NCBI GenBank assembly: GCA_049314435.1
Contig: JBMOFD010000009.1
Location: forward strand, 1 to 36,668
Direction of reading: 5' to 3'
Length of the DNA: 36,668 nt
DNA from: Chlamydiia bacterium
GTDB taxonomy: Bacteria; Chlamydiota; Chlamydiia; Chlamydiales; JBMOFD01
Below the pieces are notes generated by a model. The model worked only from the letters and a program-made list of their open reading frames with translations. It did no database searches and was not told where the DNA came from. Below, in pieces: positions 17,301 through 26,300 of the stretch. Position 1 is the stretch's first letter; each line of letters begins with the position of its first letter. Position numbers and translations under genes: made by a program.

Positions 17301-20300
17301 AGGGTAAGGCACAGCCTCATGATGTCGGGTCTGGTGAGGGGGCCAGTAGCGAAGGGGTTAAAGTAGCCCAAGGAGTCAATCCGCGGGACGAGCCTAACAA
17401 GATCTCGGACCAGAGATTCCAAGAGCGTACGGAAGATCTATGGCGTTTTTTAAGAGCCGTTCAGCGACTCGACGTTCCATCTAAAGACCGAACGACCTAC
17501 TGGCATCAGTTGCCCCTTGAATGCGTTCAACCGGCGATGGATCTCCTGGTGCGCCTCTCCTATGCGCTGGCTGGCATCGACCAGAATGATCCTCAGTTCG
17601 CCCTGAAAGAGGGATTGGTTGAAGGAAAGAGTCGCTTCGCGTCGGCCTTCACCCGGTCTGAAATCGTTGTGATGCTGCACAAGCTATACGCCATTGGAGA
17701 CCTACTAGCTCGCCGCATGCCCGATGCCCACCTTAATGATAAGGATAAAGAGTTCAAGACCACTCCCTGGTTCTTTGGGGCGTGGGCTGACAGCCTTCAG
17801 ATGAGCGTGGAGAATCTGAAAAAAGGAAAGGACGACATTGGACTGATGGACATTACCTGCTCCCTTGTAGGCGGAGACTCTCTCTCTCAGCTTCCAGAGA
17901 TCCAACGCTATTTTGATCTCGATCCGGAGCGGCCTGGAGAGCTCTTCAGAAATCCTAAGGGACTGAAAAAAGAGCGAGAAGAAACGCTGTTCTTTTCGGC
18001 CGAGGGGCTAGATGTTGCTGGCTACGGTTGGATCTCGTCGAAAAGCTGTCGTTCCATGGGGGAAGCGCACTACTTTCGCCATCTTCTTAAGCAAGAAGAG
18101 ATTCAGCAAAAATTCAAGCGCCGTCTATCGAAGGAAGAAGATCAAGACGCGGCCGAGATCGACCGTTTTACGATGCTGTATTGCAATACCGAGGGCCCTG
18201 ATGGAGATCCAGAAAACTTGCTCCCTATGTCCTTTGATGCTTTGCGGAGGCTCTTCGATGTAGCGCATACCTATATGTCCTTCCCTGACATGCAGGCACG
18301 GCCTCCGGAGTATGAGGCTAAGTCTACTGGGAGCAGGATCGCCGGGTTCATGAATGACATTACACTCGAGGCAGTGCACAAGCACGATTTTAACAAGTAT
18401 CGCTTCCTTGCCAAGCGCTGGAAGGGAAGTGCTGAGCTAGAGGGCGAAAGTTTCGTGATGCAGGACCATCAGAGTCTACGTCCCGACCAGGTCTTTTCCA
18501 ACAACCAGCACCCCCACCCCACTAGAGGATTCCATGGGTGCCGAGATGAGGCTCGATGGAGCCGTCGTGGCTGTCGTATTATTAAATTCCCTAGAGCTAC
18601 AGCCAATAACCTTGGAGTCGCGCACAATGCGTGGACCTCCTTTAGACATAGTCAGCGACGCTCCTCCGCACTCATCACCAATGGCCCAGGTAAAGAGGAC
18701 GCCACCTTTAAGCAACGGGTGTATGCAGAGTTCTTTAACATCGACACTCCACATAGAGAACTGCCCTTCCGAGAGTTGAACGCGCATGAGCGGAGGCTGA
18801 TCGAGCTCACCCACGTGGATGCTGAGGATGAGCTTTCACGTACACTGGCTTTCTTCCGCCTGGCGCCTCACCACCTATTTACCGCCAAACATGCGCTATG
18901 GTTGCGCTATGAGCTGCTCCATACGACACACCTCTACGTTCAACTCAAAAACAATCCTAAGTTGGCTGAGGTGCTAGCTGACTTCTTCAATGAGATCTTT
19001 GACAGGATCACCACCAATCAAGAGCCCATTGGCTATGATCGCATGCAGCGTGACTACCTATCATGGGAAGTCGCCTCAGAGAAGGTGGCGGGACTCTTGG
19101 TCGAGACTCAGGCTGGTGTGCAGTCGGTGATACGAGCGGCACTGGGCGCGGACCATCCATCTCTGAAGAGGTTCCGCGGAGTCGGACGGACCATAAACCA
19201 AGTGCGGGCCGCAATACCACAAGCAGTCGCGTCAACCAAGGAGTGGCACCGCCTAACCTATCGCTTTCTCGATCCTATGCACGCCTCGCACGAGGATTGG
19301 ATGGGTCTTATGAGGATCGCCTATGAGGACGGGACGAAGACCCGCCCAATTGGGCCTCCACCCTCGCCTCAGTTCACCTATCGCGCGGCGTGGGATAGAG
19401 ACTCTGATGAGGCGGAGGAGGGTATTGTCGAGGCCCGCCTTCTCTGGAAGGACGCGCTGATTCGCAGACTGAATGAAGATCGTGAGTTTCGTGATGAGGC
19501 CCTTAGTGAGGCCTTACGCCTGCATTCTCAGTCATTGGCAGCCGGGACGATTTTGCATTGGGAAGGACAATATCCGGACTTTGTCTCCACTGAACATACT
19601 GCGAAGTGTCGGTTTGATGGCCATCAGTTCGCCCTCTGGGTCGATGCGGCAGGAAGCGATGGCAAGAAACGGGAGCATACGCCCGGTTCTATGATCAGGA
19701 CGCTCACCGGCTATGATGCCATGCCCATGATGCAGGTGGCAGCGTACACATGGCAGTGCCAAGAGGTTGAATATCATCAACTGTCGGTAGTAGGTAGACC
19801 TAACGCGGATGGTTCCATTGGATATGTCTGCTGCTGGAAGGACGACCAGTCTGGCTTGATCTATGAGTGGACAGAAGCCCCTCTTGATGCTGATGGATGC
19901 TGGACTTGGGTGGCTAAAGATCCCTCTGCGCCTTCAGGGATGCGCACCATGCGCATGAACGATGGTGAGGTGGTAGAGAGGGATGGCCGGCCGGTTCGTC
20001 GTAGGGCTGCGGCTCCCGCTCGTCAACGTCAGGCTGATCCCCCACAGGTTGTAGTTCCCTCTCTTCCCGTGGCGCACCCTAGCAGCATGGCCTCCCTTTA
20101 TGGATTTGCGTCCGCTGAGCGTATCGAGATCAAGCGCTCCAAAGAAGACCCTGACAAGATGGGGTCGATTCGATTCTTGGATGAGCCCGGGCTCTCCTTC
20201 AACGTCCAGGCGGTGAATGGGCGAGACGAAGCGGTCTGGAATGAGGACCCTCGCTTCCATCTGGCCCGTAATCAGAGTCCTCCAGCCCTGTCGGAAGCTT

Positions 20301-23300
20301 TAGCCCCCTATCATCGATATCTTCTTCTGGACAGTGCAGAGGGACGCCAAGAGATCATTCTCCCTAGAGAACACCTCTTGGATCAGATGGTCAGCTCTGT
20401 GGTTGGCAAGTTAGCTGGTCCCATGCTGGTGCCGGGCTCGGCATCTAGTGTGCCATTGCCTTCCTGGTTGGAAGGTCTTATCCAAACGCCTCTACGCGGC
20501 GTCGGAAGGTCGTCTAAGGTGGGCCTGATGACAGGGTGTATAAGAGCGCAGATTGACCGATCTGGGCACTTGGAGACCGACAGTGCTCAGGACCATGGGT
20601 GGCTCGTCTGCTACCACCTTGTTCGAGGCAACCATCAGGAGGTGCGCTGGCATCTCGATCGGATGGAGGAGCTGCTGCAGAGAGCTCGTCTAGAGCCTGG
20701 ATTGACTCAGCTCAGTCTACTTCTGCAGGTGGCGGCGCTCATGCCGCAAAATCGTCCATGGCTGGACACGGCTATGCGATTTGTGGCCCTGGTCGAGGAG
20801 AACCAGTTGTTGCATGCTCCGAAGATCACGGAGCCTCAGACGCACCTGAGCCTTCGATCAGCGCTGCTACAGATCCTGCTCCATCAGGCTCCACAGGGTG
20901 GCCGAGGAACTCCACGTGAACAGCAGGAGCATATTCTCTTACGAGCCGCCCATCGCTACATGCGTGATGCGGGGATCAGTTGCGTTGATCTCCTGGGAGC
21001 GGTGGGGAGATATGTCCATCTGGATGGAGAGACTGTGGCGCAGGCGCTCCTTATGCTGCCCCACTTGAACAGACGTCTTGACGAGTTGAACAACTTGTAC
21101 GCTCATGACTCTTGCCCAGCCTCTCATAATCCCTCGGATAGTGGATTCCAACGGGTGATGAGAATGGCGGTGCAAGCTGTGGTGGCGAAGGTGAGGGGTG
21201 GCCAGCAGCATCGTGATGGGGGAGCCATTACACAGAGTCTATTGGGGAGTATAGATGCCGGTCTTTCCAGAGTTCTTGGAGGCCAGCCTTCGGCTTCGAT
21301 CATTCTCGCACCCTTCAAGATTCCTCCCGCTTTCACCGAGGCAACTGAGGCTGTCACCCAGCTTCTTTCAAGTACTGAGACTACCATTCCCACTGAACCG
21401 TGGGACCCAACCATGAGTTGGGATCGCGTGCCTCTCAAGGTCGACGAGATCTCTGGCCGTGAGCTTCATGATGGGTTCCCCGCCTACTACCGATTGGCTA
21501 AGGGGACTCCTCCGAAAGGGCTCACGCGACGTGAGCAAACGCTCTTTATGCAGCGTGTAGAAGCGTTCCGCACGGTCCTGCCCCTTGTTCGTTCAAGAGC
21601 CTGGCGGCCCGCGAACTCGAGCACGCTCTATTTGTTGCACAATGTCGTGGTCAACCCTGACGCGTTCCCGACTCCGGATACCTACGAGGCTCTTCGCGAG
21701 GCTGACAAAAAGGCAGCTGATCAGGTGCAACTTCTTCCTCCTCCAGAACAGCCTTACGATGATAAGGCCCTTCTTAGAGCTGCTGAGGACGAGACGACTT
21801 GCCTTGAATCGATCTTCCAAGTTCATCGCAATCGGATCGCTGCAGACCCGGGAGCGTGGAAACCACCTATCCTCAACAGGTTTTACCCAGACTATGACTG
21901 GAACGTGGTGCCGCTGGACAAACTCACTCCAGAGGTCATTCAGATTGGGTTTTTTGGATACTACCGACTCGCTGCGGGGAAACCACCTGCTGGGCTATCA
22001 CCCGCGCAGCTCACTAAGTTCTATGACCGTGTGCAGCAGTTCCGTGCCGCCATATCCGCTCTTCCGCAGCAGATTCAGACATGGCCCAGGAAGGACAGAC
22101 ATGTGATGCATACTGTTCAGCTGCTTCAGAGTGTGGCGACCTCGAATCCCGATGAGTTCCCCGACCCTGAAGCATTCGAGGCAGCCGTGGTTGCGCAGGA
22201 GGAGTTGCGTGCGTCAAGAAGACGGACCGAAGTGCCATTGGATGAAGCCGTTCGGAAGGCCCACATCGATATGAATCGCTGTCTTAGGGCGATCTCTAAG
22301 GCGCACCATGATCGATTGGGTTACGTAGATCCCGATACAGTCTCGATAGAAGATCATCTGCTCTTCCTTGCGCCCAAAGATCCAAATAGCTGGCACATGG
22401 GTTGGCTCAATCTCAATCTACGAAGCGCTAATATTAAGGGAGAATTCCTCCATTGGTACCGTCTGGTCAAAGGGCTACCACCTGCTGGGCTGACAGCTGC
22501 TGAGCTTACGAAGTTCCGTGGGTGCGTTGATGTGGCTCGTGCCAGTCTGCCTGAATTTCGTGCCTTGTTTGAAAAGAGCGACAAGAACAAGACAGACAGC
22601 TTCTGTATTCACCTCTTAGAAAGCGTCGCTGCTGATCCCGATCAGTTTCCCGATGCCGAGATCTTCACAGGCGTGGTCAAGACCTATCTCAACCTATCCG
22701 CTGCGAGTGAGAAAGCCCACAACGATAAAAAGCAGGCCTACAATGAGAACAGGGCGCGCATGGAGCGGGCCATCACAGAGTCTCACCAAGCTAAGGTGGC
22801 CTGCGAAGATCAGATGCGTCAGGCTCATTTCAAGCAGATGATCGAGGAGCGTGGGGGTGGTGTGCTTACAGCGCTGGGCCATCTCGCGCAGTTGGCTGTG
22901 GACAACCAATTGTCTTGCATGGCGAACAACCCTGTGCGTGCTCTATTGAGGTACTCGCGCGTTGGACCTGTCGTCACCGCTGTTGAGTTGGCTCAAGGCC
23001 TCTATCATATGTTCAAGGCGGTGTCTGAAGCTCATCAGCAAGACGCTGTGATCAACAAAGACGAACAACAGGCCTTCCGTGAGGTGGCTAGACGGCCCGA
23101 TGGGCCCGTTCTCTCCCAGATGGGAGAATTGTTGACCGAGGATGACCGCCACTGTGCGGCTCTTCTTCATCGACTGGTCACAGGTGAGGGCAACAGCGAC
23201 CCTGCTGCGTCCGCACAAGTCGGCAACGTAGTTCCCGATGACGCAGAGTTCTTCCCCTGTCAGCAGATGGTTGATGAGCCTCAACAAGGTGTCCGGGAAG

Positions 23301-26300
23301 AGGAGGAGTTCTTCCCCTGCCAACAGGCTGATGGGCTACATGAGGAAGAGGATGCGGTCCCCGAGGATGGCAAGTTTTTCCCCGCCCAACAGATGATCGA
23401 TGAGCGTCATGATGAAGCGATGGTGGCTCGGTCGTTAGCGAAGGTGAACGAGAACTTAGAGGAGTACTTTGCACGGCCTCAGAGCCATCTGCCCCAAGAC
23501 GATCTTGCCACACCTGAGGGGCAGCAGAGGCTCTCTGCTGGACTGGGGCTGGCGAGGGAAGAGGCGATGACCCCTGTCCTGCAAGGATTGCGGGGGGCGA
23601 TTCTGAAGCTAGTGAGACGTTTACCGACGCCAGATCCCAGCGAGAGTGCCGAGGATCGATTGAAGAGCGGTCGAGGAAGTCACGCTGTTGCTGAACGGGT
23701 CGAGGTGGATGAAGAGGGGCGCTGGCTCGATCTTCTCCAGGCATTCGCTCGTCATGACCTGCACTGGTTTGAGAGTGAGACGACACTTGATGCTACGAGT
23801 CTTGTCCTCTTTGAGCAATGGATGTACCGCTATCTCCTATACGCCATCCGAGACAAACAGTTGGCTGATGGTCAGAGACAGCTGGACGAGCTTTCTAAGA
23901 TGTCCCCTACTCTGCCGGAGTATGGCCTGCGCCTGGCTAAGCTAAAAGAGCATCTACTGCGCCCCACGGCCTATACCTACGAACACTTCTCAGATCGCTT
24001 CCTGCGCACCTCCATGGTCTTTGAGGCGGTACATGGCTGCCGATTATGGCAGCGTCAAGTGACTCAGCTGGAGCGATCGATTCAGGAGATGAGGTCGGGT
24101 GAAGATGATCTCGTACTGCAGTTGAATACGGGGATTGGCAAGACGTTCTACATCGGTCCTGAAACGGATCTCGTGGCGGCCGATGGACGAGTGTCCTTGG
24201 TGAACTGCTTCACTCCAGCCCTCGCCCCGGTCTGTTCGGCGCAGGTACGCCATGCTCTGGCTACAGTAGCTGGACGGCCCTGCCTGGAAATACAGAGTAC
24301 GCGTTCAAAACCTCTCGATGAGGGACAGCTGCGCGCGCTCATTGCCCGATGCGAACGAGCCATCTTACACCGAGAATCTTTCGCATCGAAGAAGACTGAC
24401 TTCCAGTCCCTCGAGCTCATCTTCATCGAGAAGTACATGGAGTACGTAGAGGGGTTGAAGGAGGGCGGACTGCTGAAGAACCTCATTGGGTCCTGTTACA
24501 AGCGAGATACGAAGAAAACCGCAACCCGCGCCCAGAAGAGACACCTGAATTACTATCGTGACCTTTTGCGTCTGATTCGCAGCGGTATGAAGTTAAATGC
24601 CGACGAAGCTCATGAGATGTTCCGACGGAAGGATGAGTTGAACCACCCGCTATCGGGTCAGTCTCATCTACCGGAGAGCACGGTGCGCCAGGTGCTGGAT
24701 GGCGTCTATCTGATGTTTGAGGATCCTCAGCTTCATGCGCTCCTTCCTCTTGATGGACGAACCACCTTCGATCTCGAGGCCTATAAGGAGTGGGGTAAGG
24801 ATCGACTTGCAGACTTGTTAGGGCGCCAGATGAAGATCCCTCCTGACGAGTTACCGGCTTTCCATACCTACTTGACCGATCGCACGGCCCCTACCCCGCG
24901 CTTCATACGGAATCACCCCCAGAAAGAGCAGATGGCGCTCATCAGAGGTCTGGTCAATGTCCTCTTGCCTGAAGCCTTGAAGATGACTTTCTGCGTGCAC
25001 TTTGGGCTTCCGAAGGATCCCGCGGTGGCCGAGCCGGAGATCGCGATTCCCTACTTGGGTAACGACCGTCCTTCTCAGGACTCTAAGATCAAAAATCCTC
25101 TGGAAGAGCTCATCAAGACGGCGATCTCCTTTGCTCATCGGCGCTTGAATGCAAGTCAGATTCGCACGCTATTGGATAGACAGCTGATCCAAGCTCGTGA
25201 GGAAGCAGCGGCTCTGGGGATTCGTTTTGAACAGACAGAAAAGGCTCGAGTGCTTGCCGAGTGGATGGGCGTCTCTGCTGACCAATGTGCCCGACTCTTG
25301 GCGAAGTCAGATGGAGACCTCCCTGAGGAGATCCTTCGGTCTGTGAACCGGCATCACGGTGCGGTCATGACCTATGTGATGGCTGCCGTGTCGCCTCGTA
25401 TGACGCACTTCACCCATAGCTTGCGCAGCGACTCTCACCACTTCTCCTCGATGTTTGCCTCCTCTGTAGCTGGGACGGCGACGCCTGAACATGAGGGCAG
25501 CTTCCCGGTAGGAACCAAGGTCCTGTGGGATCCTGGTACTCTGGGCGAGACCGTCGACTTCTTGATGCAGCGCTGCAACGATGCCGAGCACATCCACGCT
25601 CTGGATGCGACGAGTCCTATAGCGACCCTCGATGAGATCCTACCGCGCTTTTTTGCCCCGGGCTCGCGGGCGGCCATGATCGTGGATGGTGGAGCTCTCT
25701 TCCACGGTCTGAAAGGTCAAGAGGTTGCGGAGCGCATCTTGGCCTATGTTCGTCAGCATCGTCCCGACATCCAAGGGGTGATCTTCAATGACGACCAAGG
25801 CGAATTGAAGGTGCTTAAGCAACCCGGGCAGAAGCCCGATCCCTATCTGCAGGGCTCGCTTCCTCCTAATGCCCTTACCCATATCACCTACCTTGGGCAT
25901 TTCTTCCGCACAGGGAGCAACGTGCTCCAGGCTGCGGGGACTGAGGGCGTCGTACTGATGGGTCCTTCGTCCAACCTCGATGATATCTGCCAGAGCGTGG
26001 GTCGTATGAGGGGATTGAGGACCTCAGGGCAGAAGATCCACATGGCCATGAACCGTACTCTGCATGAGCAGTTGTTGGAAGATGGGCAACCCTCGATGGC
26101 GCAGATCATCCGACATCTCCGTATCAATGAAGCTCGTGAAAAAGCCGAGGATAGCTTCTTGGCGGCGCACCAGAAGATGAACAACCTTGTGCGTCGCTGC
26201 GTTCTCGATGCCGTCCTCGAAATGGAAGACTTGGACAAGACCTACCAGCTCTTTGAGAACTACAAGGATCTCTTCGTTTCGAAGATGTCGCTGGATCCGT

